A stretch of DNA of 64,000 bases from an uncultured Patescibacteria group bacterium (GTDB lineage: Bacteria; Patescibacteriota; Minisyncoccia; Phycocordibacterales; UBA918). The notes beneath the pieces are model-generated. The model worked only from the letters and a program-made list of their open reading frames with translations. It made no database searches and was not told where the DNA came from. The first letter of the stretch is position 1. Each line of letters begins with the position of its first letter. The position numbers and the translations under genes were made by a program. This document shows, piece after piece, positions 10,037 through 18,234 of the stretch. The stretch lies in the NCBI GenBank assembly GCA_934699595.1, contig CAKUWT010000001.1, positions 289,033-353,032 of the forward strand, read 5' to 3'.

Positions 10037-10602
10037 ATGAAACGTAGATATTTTCTTACTGGTCTCGGCGCAATCGTCTGCCTGCCTGAGGTTGCTGCGG
10101 CGGGACGGTACGTCCTCAGCCGCGACCGGAGCGGAAACTGGCCACAGGGCGACAGGAAGACACACTTATCAGTGTCGACTTCAACACCGCCATGCTGACC
10201 ATCGTCCGCAACGGACAGCTCCTGCATAGCACCAGGGTAGTGCTACCTCACAGTGCGCAGGCCTATCGTTTGCCGGTGCATGGCGTGGTGCAACAAGCCA
10301 TCTGGAAACCATCTTGGACACCAACCGCTGCCACTCGAAAGGCCCAGCCGCGCCTGAAGGCATATTACCGTGGGGGCGAATCCGGGAACGCTATGGGTGA
10401 CATCAAGTTGGTCATCCAGTACGAAGCCGGGAGTAACATTCCCAGCACCGTACGGATTCATGGAGCGGCGGCAGAGGTCGATCTGGGGACCAGGAAATCG
10501 CGTGGCTGTATCCGAGTACAGAACTCGTTCGCTCCCACGCTGCTGCAAGCAGTCAACGAGGGCCAGCGGCTGGGGGTGGTGAGGACATATTTCTACAACT
10601 GA
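10037..10602 (+). pseudogene. L,D-transpeptidase (YkuD) gene with a Tat-type signal; an apparent frameshift separates the signal-peptide frame (10037-10198) from the catalytic-domain frame (open from about 10090, M at 10192, to 10602)
   Basis: Frame 1 gives MKRRYFLTGLGAIVCLPEVAAAG, a twin-arginine signal. Frame 2 gives ...LISVDFNTAMLTIVRNGQ...RIHGAAAEVDLGTRKSRGCIRVQNS, the LDT catalytic HG...SxGCIR motif. The two frames overlap at 10090-10198. The segment is GC-rich (about 60%). A strong SD (GAGGAGGAGGAAGAA) precedes the ATG at 10037. Confidence 0.5.
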
Positions 10603-10656
10603 GAGCGGCGGTTAGCCGCTCTCAAGAGGGCGAACGCTAATTCGCCCTCTTTTTAA
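10603..10656 (+). terminator. tandem stem-loops ending in a T-run, downstream of the LDT gene
   Basis: Two hairpins are visible: gagcggcggttagccgctc, then agagggcgaacgctaattcgccctct followed by ttttaa. Confidence 0.5.
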
Positions 10657-10725
10657 TTCCTCATCACTTGCTAGCACTTGTTATATCAACTCTTTTTGAT
10701 CACGACAACTTCCAACCTCTACAGA

Positions 10726-12210
10726 CTAATCAGCAAAAAAGCTCTTGGTGTCATCCTTGTAGACATCTGATTCTAATACTTCTCTATCGTCATTCTCTTT
10801 TCGAGACACCACAAAGATTCCTCCAATAACCAGTACCAGCAAGCCGCCAAGAGCCCAGTAACTCCAAGCAGTATCTCGCCTAGCAATCTCTTCTTCATCT
10901 CTCTCCAGGTCCTCTGCTTGCAGCCAAATCTCTTCTTGGCCAACTGTCTCTAATTTGACTGGTACCACCTCCTCATCACCGGCAAATGAGAATCTTTTGC
11001 CGTCTGCCATTGGTGACGCTGCCTGATTGCTAACACTGCCCACCGGCGCCTTGGCGACGCTCGCCACTAGTGCCGCTGGGTTGGTCTCTTTAGCGGTAGC
11101 AGTAATCTGCTTGCCAGTATTATCCCGCAACCAAATAGCATCGCGATTACTCAATCCCAAAATCACCGCCGGTAAAGTAATGGAACCATGCGCGGTCATG
11201 ATGGTGTCACGCGGAAAAGTAAAAACTTTCCGCGGGGTGACAATTTGGTAGTTACTAATATCGACCTCGTAGGCAGTATCATTAAAAATGGTCAGCCGAC
11301 CGTCGACCTGCAGTTGCCAAGAAAGTTTAACTGGCAATACTAGGATTTCATGACGCGCGGCCGCTTCGTAATCAGCATATTTAGCTCGCAGGGTAACAAT
11401 GTATTTACCGGGTTCGGTGAAAGTGTGAGTAACTTTTTCCAATCCGTCAAGAACAGCGAAGCCATCCCCAAAATTCCAGGTATAGCGCATCGATTGTAGG
11501 ATGGTATTTGGCATGCCGCCGATCTCTCGCCGCAGTGTAATCGTCTGTCCCACGTACGCCGCCTCACTGACAACAATTTCTAGACTAAGCTCGTTGGCGG
11601 GTAAGGTCACATTTGGGATAATCTTTTTTACCAGCTCAGCTGGCTTGATAGTCGTTGTTGTCTTAGAGCCAGAGTTGCCGCCAGCACCACTTTCTTTTGG
11701 CACACACTGCGACGGTGGTCCTAAGTCTGGATTAATATTGGCTTGTCCCGGAGTGGCGACCGCAGTCATCCAGCTGGTACTGGTACGCTGAGCGGTAGTT
11801 TTAGCCTTGTTGTCGCCACCAATCAAACACCAATCTTTACCGCCCACCACCCTATCCACCTCATTATCTTCCGCATCAAACATGACAACGGTGGCACCAG
11901 TATCCACCATAGCACCGGTGTAATCATCAGTCCTTTTTAAGACCAAATATTGACCACCTGAGATCTCTCCCTTCAAGGACTTAGCGCCAACTGAAATAGT
12001 TTCGTCATCCTGCCCTGTTTTTATAAAGCCAATTTTCCAACCTTCCAGACTAACAGTTTGATCCCCGTCATTATAAAGCTCCAACCACTCCTTAGTGCTA
12101 GCACCCTCCTCACCCATCCATGCTACTTCAGTAATAGTCACCGCCGCCTGGCCAAACTGAGGACAGAGAAAACTAAATAAAATCACGTTTCCTACTACCC
12201 ACCGTTGCAT
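10726..12210 (-). CDS. lamin-tail-domain (LTD) surface protein with a signal peptide, a beta-rich middle region and a C-terminal TM anchor
   Basis: The motif ITEVAWMG...KEWLELYN is the LTD signature. An N-terminal signal peptide and a C-terminal TM segment (WALGGLLVLVIGGIFVV) are present. The gap from the upstream ATPase gene is 6 bp. Confidence 0.55.
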   Translation of the reverse strand: MQRWVVGNVILFSFLCPQFGQAAVTITEVAWMGEEGASTKEWLELYNDGDQTVSLEGWKIGFIKTGQDDETISVGAKSLKGEISGGQYLVLKRTDDYTGAMVDTGATVVMFDAEDNEVDRVVGGKDWCLIGGDNKAKTTAQRTSTSWMTAVATPGQANINPDLGPPSQCVPKESGAGGNSGSKTTTTIKPAELVKKIIPNVTLPANELSLEIVVSEAAYVGQTITLRREIGGMPNTILQSMRYTWNFGDGFAVLDGLEKVTHTFTEPGKYIVTLRAKYADYEAAARHEILVLPVKLSWQLQVDGRLTIFNDTAYEVDISNYQIVTPRKVFTFPRDTIMTAHGSITLPAVILGLSNRDAIWLRDNTGKQITATAKETNPAALVASVAKAPVGSVSNQAASPMADGKRFSFAGDEEVVPVKLETVGQEEIWLQAEDLERDEEEIARRDTAWSYWALGGLLVLVIGGIFVVSRKENDDREVLESDVYKDDTKSFFAD

Positions 12211-12216
12211 AGTACT

Positions 12217-14283
12217 TTAGATAGTCTCAGGATTTTGTCCACTAAGGATTTTCCGTACTGCCTGTTGAGACGGTGCCTTCGACTGTCTGGCTTCGCTATT
12301 ACGCTTCGCTACTTCGAGAGCCTCGAGAGCCTTTTCTGCTTCCTCCAGTAAAACCTCTAGCTTGGCCATACTGGCATGGTCAGTCATGGCTAAGTTGGTT
12401 GCTAAGCTAGCACCAGCGTCACGAGAGCCAGTTTTAGATCTGTTCTTTTCAACTTTCGTAACTCTCTCTGATTGTTTAGAGTTCTGAGCCTCACTATCAT
12501 CCCCAACCTCATTCTTGGTCTCATTACTTTTTTCGGTGGCCTGAAGCACAGCCAGCGCAGCCTGTAATGATTTGCTCTCAGCCGCTTTTTTAGTAGGTGC
12601 ACCAGGATTGCTTTTGCGCTGCTCGTCGGCAGTGAGCTGTCGCAAGATATTTTTTAAATCATCCGATTCGCGAGGCGACTCTGGTCGCTTTGTCTCCGAA
12701 CGAGAATTGTCTCGCTTAGCAGAATTACGCCACTCCGCTGATGGTTTTTTTGAATCCATGCCACTATCTTCACGAGCGGTGCGATTATTTTGCGGAGTCG
12801 TCGCTCTCTCATCACGAGCCGCACTACTTCGCTCATTTTTTTGTGGCCGCTCATTTCGTTGACTTAAACGTGTGTCTTTGTCTTGCGAATTCCCTGCTCG
12901 TGACGACTCCTCACGAGCTCCACTTTCTCGTGGACGATTATCCGGACGTCTCTTCTCGTCTGGTCGTTTATTATTACTCTTCTCTGGACGTTCTGGATTA
13001 TGCAGCAAATTTACCAATTCTTCCACGTACGCTCGTGGTCGGGTGTAATTTTTCCGACTTGCCAAAATCGCCATCTGCTTATAAGAAATGCTCGGTGGCG
13101 ACAGTGGCGGCAAAGTAGTGGCAGAAAATGGCGCTGAACCAATCCCGTCAATCATTAACGACAAATAAATCTGCGCAAAGCCGAGGTTGATTAAATCGGC
13201 CGCCAGGAAAGTGGGAGTAAAAACTGTCTCCAGCACTTCCGCATCAAAAGGACCAACCCTAAAAGCAATGGTGGTACCAACGTTACCAAACACCGCATCC
13301 CGTACCTCCTCTTCCATCTGCTCAATGTACTGGTGAGCGATGATGAGATTCAGGTGATACTTCCGTGCCTCAGACAAAATGTCGGCAAAAGTAGCGTTAG
13401 CAAACGACTGAAACTCATCCACGTAAAAATAGAAGTTGGGCATCTTCCGCATCTGTTCGACAGACAAATCAGCCCGACTCATAGCGGCTAGATAAATACG
13501 AGTGGTGAGCATCGAGCCCAGTAAGTTAGCGTTAGTTTCCCCGATCAAACCTTTGGACAGATTCATAATGAGAATCTTTTTATTATCCATGATGTCACGA
13601 ATATCGAAGCTTGATTTCGGCTGTCCGATAATGTTGCGGATCAAGGGGTTGCCAGTAAACTGACCAATCTTGTTTTGGATAGCAGGCAGCGCTTCAGCAG
13701 CAAAGCGATCAGTGTAGTTAGCAAACTCATCCACCCAAAAAGATTTTACTGCGGGATCGGTAATGTAATCCACTACTTCCTGTCGATATTTTTTATCAGT
13801 AAAGAGTCGATTGACAGAAAGCAGAGTAGTATCGGGATACTCAATCAATGCCAACAGCGCATTGGTAAGAATGTACTCCATTCGCGCACTCCAAGCATCG
13901 ACCCAAATCTTTTTGAAGGTAGACATAAGTCCTGAGACCACCAGATGGCGCTTGTCTGGACCAACGTCTTCCATAACGTTAAAAGAAATCGGATTGTTTA
14001 AATCAAAAGGCGCAAAGTAAATCACATCATTCACTCGCTCTTCCGGAATATACTCCAGCAAAGTCTCAGCGGCACTACCGTGCGGATCAATAAAAGCCAT
14101 CCCTTCGCCATTTTGAATATCCTGTGCCGCCATGTTTTCTAACAAGGTCGACTTACCCATACCCGTCTTGCCGATGACATACATGTGTCGCTGACGATCC
14201 TTAGCCTTAATTCCAAATGAGACGGGTTGTCCGCGGGCGTCGGTCTTCGCAAAATAAGTGATTTTTTCTGGATCAAAGGCCAT
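12217..14283 (-). CDS. TraD/TraG/VirD4-like (AAA_10 / TraG-D_C type) P-loop ATPase with a roughly 260-aa low-complexity, highly charged C-terminal tail
   Basis: A Walker A motif (YVIGKTGMGKST) is present. The motif FYVDEFQSFANATFADILSEARKYHLNLIIAHQ resembles the TraD/TraG C-terminal region. There are no N-terminal TM helices. The last roughly 260 residues are R/E/K/S/N/D-rich. Confidence 0.5.
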   Translation of the reverse strand: MAFDPEKITYFAKTDARGQPVSFGIKAKDRQRHMYVIGKTGMGKSTLLENMAAQDIQNGEGMAFIDPHGSAAETLLEYIPEERVNDVIYFAPFDLNNPISFNVMEDVGPDKRHLVVSGLMSTFKKIWVDAWSARMEYILTNALLALIEYPDTTLLSVNRLFTDKKYRQEVVDYITDPAVKSFWVDEFANYTDRFAAEALPAIQNKIGQFTGNPLIRNIIGQPKSSFDIRDIMDNKKILIMNLSKGLIGETNANLLGSMLTTRIYLAAMSRADLSVEQMRKMPNFYFYVDEFQSFANATFADILSEARKYHLNLIIAHQYIEQMEEEVRDAVFGNVGTTIAFRVGPFDAEVLETVFTPTFLAADLINLGFAQIYLSLMIDGIGSAPFSATTLPPLSPPSISYKQMAILASRKNYTRPRAYVEELVNLLHNPERPEKSNNKRPDEKRRPDNRPRESGAREESSRAGNSQDKDTRLSQRNERPQKNERSSAARDERATTPQNNRTAREDSGMDSKKPSAEWRNSAKRDNSRSETKRPESPRESDDLKNILRQLTADEQRKSNPGAPTKKAAESKSLQAALAVLQATEKSNETKNEVGDDSEAQNSKQSERVTKVEKNRSKTGSRDAGASLATNLAMTDHASMAKLEVLLEEAEKALEALEVAKRNSEARQSKAPSQQAVRKILSGQNPETI

Positions 14284-14353
14284 AACTTAGAATCTATTAT
14301 AGCAAACACTTTATCTTTATACGGGAGAGGTGGCGGGAAAGATACCAATATTT

Positions 14354-15244
14354 TTACTGATTTAGGATATCCTGTTCAGACTTCTTTTTAGAAAAATAAA
14401 TCAGAAGAAAAGCAAAATAATAAATTAACACTACCGCCATTAGATACCAGTACTGATAATCAGAATCATAGTAATTACGATCACTCCTACTGAAAACCTT
14501 AAACACAAAGCTGCCATAAAGCATTATCAGCGGTGAAGAATAGACGGTAAATTTATAAAGATACAAATAAATTACGTCTCCTAAGCGAAAAGACAATAGG
14601 AGCGGGATTAGCAAAATCAGTAATAGTAAAGCTACCTCTGACAGCCCTATAATAAAATAGTCACAATTATAGCCCGACGGGTCAATTATTGGACATAAAC
14701 CTGTCACAGATATCACCACACTGGGCACCTGCAGAAATATAGCAACTAAAAACCAAATAAATGCCTTTCTCTTTAACCTTTTAACTAACAGAGGTTTCTC
14801 AATAGGCCCGTCTTCTACTTTTATTTTACCGCGCTTAATCCCGTAAGCAGTATAAATGATAACTCCTAATGAAATAAGTATATATGCCAAGCAAGCAAAC
14901 AGGGCAAAAATCATTTTGTAATTTATTCCCAACCAATCAGTCTCCACTACCGTAATTGCATAATAGATATAAATTAATAGCAGCGGTATAGCCACTGAAG
15001 CAAATTTAAACCATCTGAGAAAAACTAACTTATCAAATGGTAAAGTTAATAAGAGTGGCAGACTTAATAGGGTAAAGCTTAGTATGAGAGTGTAAGCATT
15101 CTCAAATGTTACGTAACACCGAAAACTATAAGTGTTGTTTGTTGAGCACAGATTACCCACTTCATAAAAGTACATAAAAATAACTACGGGCACGCAAGTA
15201 AGAAAAATCATCAAAAATGTCCACTTGCTAAATAACTTACTCAT
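14354..15244 (-). CDS. polytopic membrane protein (about 8 TM), hypothetical
   Basis: The hydropathy pattern is strongly hydrophobic. The gene shares a 5' leader motif with the next gene upstream. Confidence 0.45.
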   Translation of the reverse strand: MSKLFSKWTFLMIFLTCVPVVIFMYFYEVGNLCSTNNTYSFRCYVTFENAYTLILSFTLLSLPLLLTLPFDKLVFLRWFKFASVAIPLLLIYIYYAITVVETDWLGINYKMIFALFACLAYILISLGVIIYTAYGIKRGKIKVEDGPIEKPLLVKRLKRKAFIWFLVAIFLQVPSVVISVTGLCPIIDPSGYNCDYFIIGLSEVALLLLILLIPLLLSFRLGDVIYLYLYKFTVYSSPLIMLYGSFVFKVFSRSDRNYYDSDYQYWYLMAVVLIYYFAFLLIYFSKKKSEQDILNQ

Positions 15245-15325
15245 ATCAAATTAATTACCTATTAATTAGCCTAGGCCTCAGATCTGATCATATTATTACT
15301 TGGCTTTAATATTTTAAAATAAGGA

Positions 15326-15724
15326 TTATTTAGTCTTATTTTTCCTAGAATTATAAGCTGTGTGCACAGCTACCGCCAAAAAAGCTATAAAGTATGCCAG
15401 ATAAATAAAAGGCAGGAAGGCACTTAAAATATTATATCCTGAAAAATAACCTCCACCAATACTCAAAGCGACGGTTGTATAAGTAAAAATAATGGGAACA
15501 GTCACTAGTGTGAAAAAAGAGCAATTATCAAAAAATTTCCTACTAGAAAAAATAGACATGACACTAAGCGGTAAAACCAAGAAAAAACTCCCCAACAATG
15601 ACCAGGCTATGCTGTTGAGAAATTTATAATTATAGACTTCTCCCAAATAACCAAACCCAATGAAACAGACCAAAAATGTAAAGTTTATTAAAAATACATT
15701 TTTTCTATTTAAAAAATTATTCAT
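15326..15724 (-). CDS. small 4-TM membrane protein immediately downstream of the secreted lipase (candidate immunity/partner protein)
   Basis: Four hydrophobic helices in 132 aa. The gap from the lipase stop codon is 6 bp. Confidence 0.5.
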   Translation of the reverse strand: MNNFLNRKNVFLINFTFLVCFIGFGYLGEVYNYKFLNSIAWSLLGSFFLVLPLSVMSIFSSRKFFDNCSFFTLVTVPIIFTYTTVALSIGGGYFSGYNILSAFLPFIYLAYFIAFLAVAVHTAYNSRKNKTK

Positions 15725-15730
15725 ACCAAA

Positions 15731-18160
15731 TTAATTACCTATTAATAACCTCAATTTCAATTCCAATAGTTGAACAATCAGTTTTAATAGTTCGAGGTAT
15801 TGGGAGTTTGCTTCTATTTCCATTTTACGATCCTCAAAGTGGGTGATATATCCAACAGCTGAGGACCCGGAACTTACTGCCGGCCCCTTACCACCTTCCT
15901 CAAACAACGGTAGAGAAACTGGTCCAAGAAGTGATAGAGCGAGTTCTAGATCAGTAGCACCGTCACCATCATAATCAATAATTAAATCACCAGCTGCGGT
16001 AAGGCTACCATCGGGAAAATCCATACGAGCAAGTGTATCAGGATTGCTAGGAATACCCGAGAAAACACTGTAGTTAATTTGCGTATCCGCTTCGTATTCT
16101 TCTATTTCTAAGGTAAAAGAACCCTCATCGTAACCCGTTAAATAAATTGTGGGATTTGCCTCTTTTGGTAAAGACAGCATCTGCACCTCACCGAAGCGCT
16201 CATACCAGGCTCCAGGAATTTGAGAAACGTTTTGACCTATCTCATTACCACTCTCATCCACAGCTGAGAGATGTAGGGGCGAATGCAATATAAACTGTAG
16301 GCGGTTATCTTTATCGATTACTGGTTGAGCGCCATAGATATACTGAGGTAACGGTGAATTATATTCAAAGATAATATTTTTAAAGATAAAATCATTTAAC
16401 TGTCTTAGGTCAAGAAGATTATGATGACCTTTCCTCAACAAGTCAGGGAGTTCAATTCCAAGAAATCTATTGTAACTATCCAAATCCACCCACCACCTAC
16501 TCACACCTTCACCGTCACCAATAGCCAAAGCGCTCGGCGCCACCACTGTTCCATCACCGTCGTAGACAATTCTTGGTTTGTACGACAGGACTTCTGAGGA
16601 ACAAATTTTAGTAAAGAAATTAACAACTTTTGTAACAAGTTCCCTACAGTCTTCAATGCCCTTATAATCAATACCCGCCAAAGTAGCTTCGCCCACGCCA
16701 GCAATTTGATGTATCTCTATTTCTGGAGGTGGCTCCCAGGCACCTATTTTATTTTGGGCAACTTGAGCGGCCTTAATCAATACTGAATTACCAACTACTG
16801 GTAATTTTAAGTTCGAGCTAGGGGGCTGAGTGCGTCCCTCTGTACCCACCAAAAAATCATGCAGCTCATTAGGAGTAATCGCATAGCCAAATTTATCAAT
16901 AAAAGCTTGAGTAGCGAGACGATCATCAAAAGTTACATAGGGAGTGTAAATACTACTGCCAACACTACCGTAATAATTAGCGAACGGTAATAACTGATAC
17001 ATCCCTGGCATATTGCGAGCAATGTCTCTCGCCCTCTCATCTTTTAATGTGCCTAAAATACCGACCTCATACCCATGCAATAAAGCACCAATAGTTTTAG
17101 GTGTCCCCAGCTGTGGTGTCCCTACCATTACTAATTTATCTACCAAATCTGCCGCCTCACTACCAAGCTCACTCAATAAATACTTGGCTAATAATCCCCC
17201 TTTAGAGTGAGCCACTATTGAAACCTTCCCCGTTGGTGATGAAGCCGCTAAATCACGTAAATTATTTTCAATACTGCCGTCACTTAAAATATCTGAAAAG
17301 GAAAGCCGCCAATCGTAAGGCATCGCCAGATAATCAGTAATCTTACTATTGTTTTTATAATTTTCTAAATCTGCCAAAAAAGATTTGTAAATGTCCACAT
17401 TAAGCAACCCGTGAAAAGTATCAACAACCTCCTTGGCAGTAATACTATTTAGACTTTGTCCTACTTCGTTCAGGTATAGTCTTTGGACATGAGAATCCCC
17501 ACCCTCCCAACGCTGAATTTCTCCTTCAAATAAACGGCTGCCCATAAACCCCGGCAAGAAAAGTACATTTGATACTAAGTCTGAGTTCTCAGTTACAGTA
17601 AATGTAATGGACCGAGTATGAATTGGTTCAGCCTCGTCTGCATAAGCTATAGGGAATAACTGGGTAAAAAGATTAAGGAAACGATTAGATTTATTGAGAG
17701 TTAGGTAACCCTCATAAGAAACTAGAGTATAAGTACCTGTAATAAACTCAGGTAGAGGCTCACCCTCCACTAATACATTTTGGTAGCTACCTCCTTCATG
17801 TCTAAATACCTCTATGTCTAGGTAATTGTAATCAAAATCAGGCGCTATTTTGTAATTGACATACTCACTTAGCCCACCAACAGGAACTTGGATAATAGCC
17901 CCCTGAGTAACTGTTTGTCCATTCAAAGTAATCTGGTGTGGGTAATGTGCATCATTAACTACCTCGACATTAAATGGATTGTTACAATCGAATACCGGAG
18001 TTGTGACTGGCCCCTGCACATAGGAACCGCCATGAACCCAGCTCCAAAAATCTGAACTAATGTTTCCACAGCCGGACTGAGCTCCTGCTAACTGCACCGA
18101 CAGTAGAAGAACTACTAGCAGAGAGCTTGTTAGCTTAATGAGACTTAAAATTCTATTCAT
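15731..18160 (-). CDS. secreted LCAT-like / PGAP1-like alpha/beta-hydrolase (phospholipase/acyltransferase family), about 809 aa
   Basis: A signal peptide (MNRILSLIKLTSSLLVVLLLSVQLAGAQS) is present. The motifs LFLPGFMGSRL and YLAMPYDWRLS (YDWR) and the nucleophile elbow VSIVAHSKGG (GHSxG-type) are present. DGDGTVVAPS is a candidate catalytic Asp. A paralog lies at 61410-63785. Confidence 0.65.
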   Translation of the reverse strand: MNRILSLIKLTSSLLVVLLLSVQLAGAQSGCGNISSDFWSWVHGGSYVQGPVTTPVFDCNNPFNVEVVNDAHYPHQITLNGQTVTQGAIIQVPVGGLSEYVNYKIAPDFDYNYLDIEVFRHEGGSYQNVLVEGEPLPEFITGTYTLVSYEGYLTLNKSNRFLNLFTQLFPIAYADEAEPIHTRSITFTVTENSDLVSNVLFLPGFMGSRLFEGEIQRWEGGDSHVQRLYLNEVGQSLNSITAKEVVDTFHGLLNVDIYKSFLADLENYKNNSKITDYLAMPYDWRLSFSDILSDGSIENNLRDLAASSPTGKVSIVAHSKGGLLAKYLLSELGSEAADLVDKLVMVGTPQLGTPKTIGALLHGYEVGILGTLKDERARDIARNMPGMYQLLPFANYYGSVGSSIYTPYVTFDDRLATQAFIDKFGYAITPNELHDFLVGTEGRTQPPSSNLKLPVVGNSVLIKAAQVAQNKIGAWEPPPEIEIHQIAGVGEATLAGIDYKGIEDCRELVTKVVNFFTKICSSEVLSYKPRIVYDGDGTVVAPSALAIGDGEGVSRWWVDLDSYNRFLGIELPDLLRKGHHNLLDLRQLNDFIFKNIIFEYNSPLPQYIYGAQPVIDKDNRLQFILHSPLHLSAVDESGNEIGQNVSQIPGAWYERFGEVQMLSLPKEANPTIYLTGYDEGSFTLEIEEYEADTQINYSVFSGIPSNPDTLARMDFPDGSLTAAGDLIIDYDGDGATDLELALSLLGPVSLPLFEEGGKGPAVSSGSSAVGYITHFEDRKMEIEANSQYLELLKLIVQLLELKLRLLIGN

Positions 18161-18234
18161 AATATTATAAGCGACAATAAATCTCTTTTTAAAACCAAGC
18201 GGCGGGCACCGAAGGTGTCCGCCGCTTAATCCCC

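Noticed and set aside
12217-14283. Possibility that the P-loop protein is a phage large terminase or an FtsK homolog
   Set aside because: No nuclease domain and no FtsK gamma domain are apparent. The C-terminal TraD/TraG-like block fits better. This is still unverified without HMMs.
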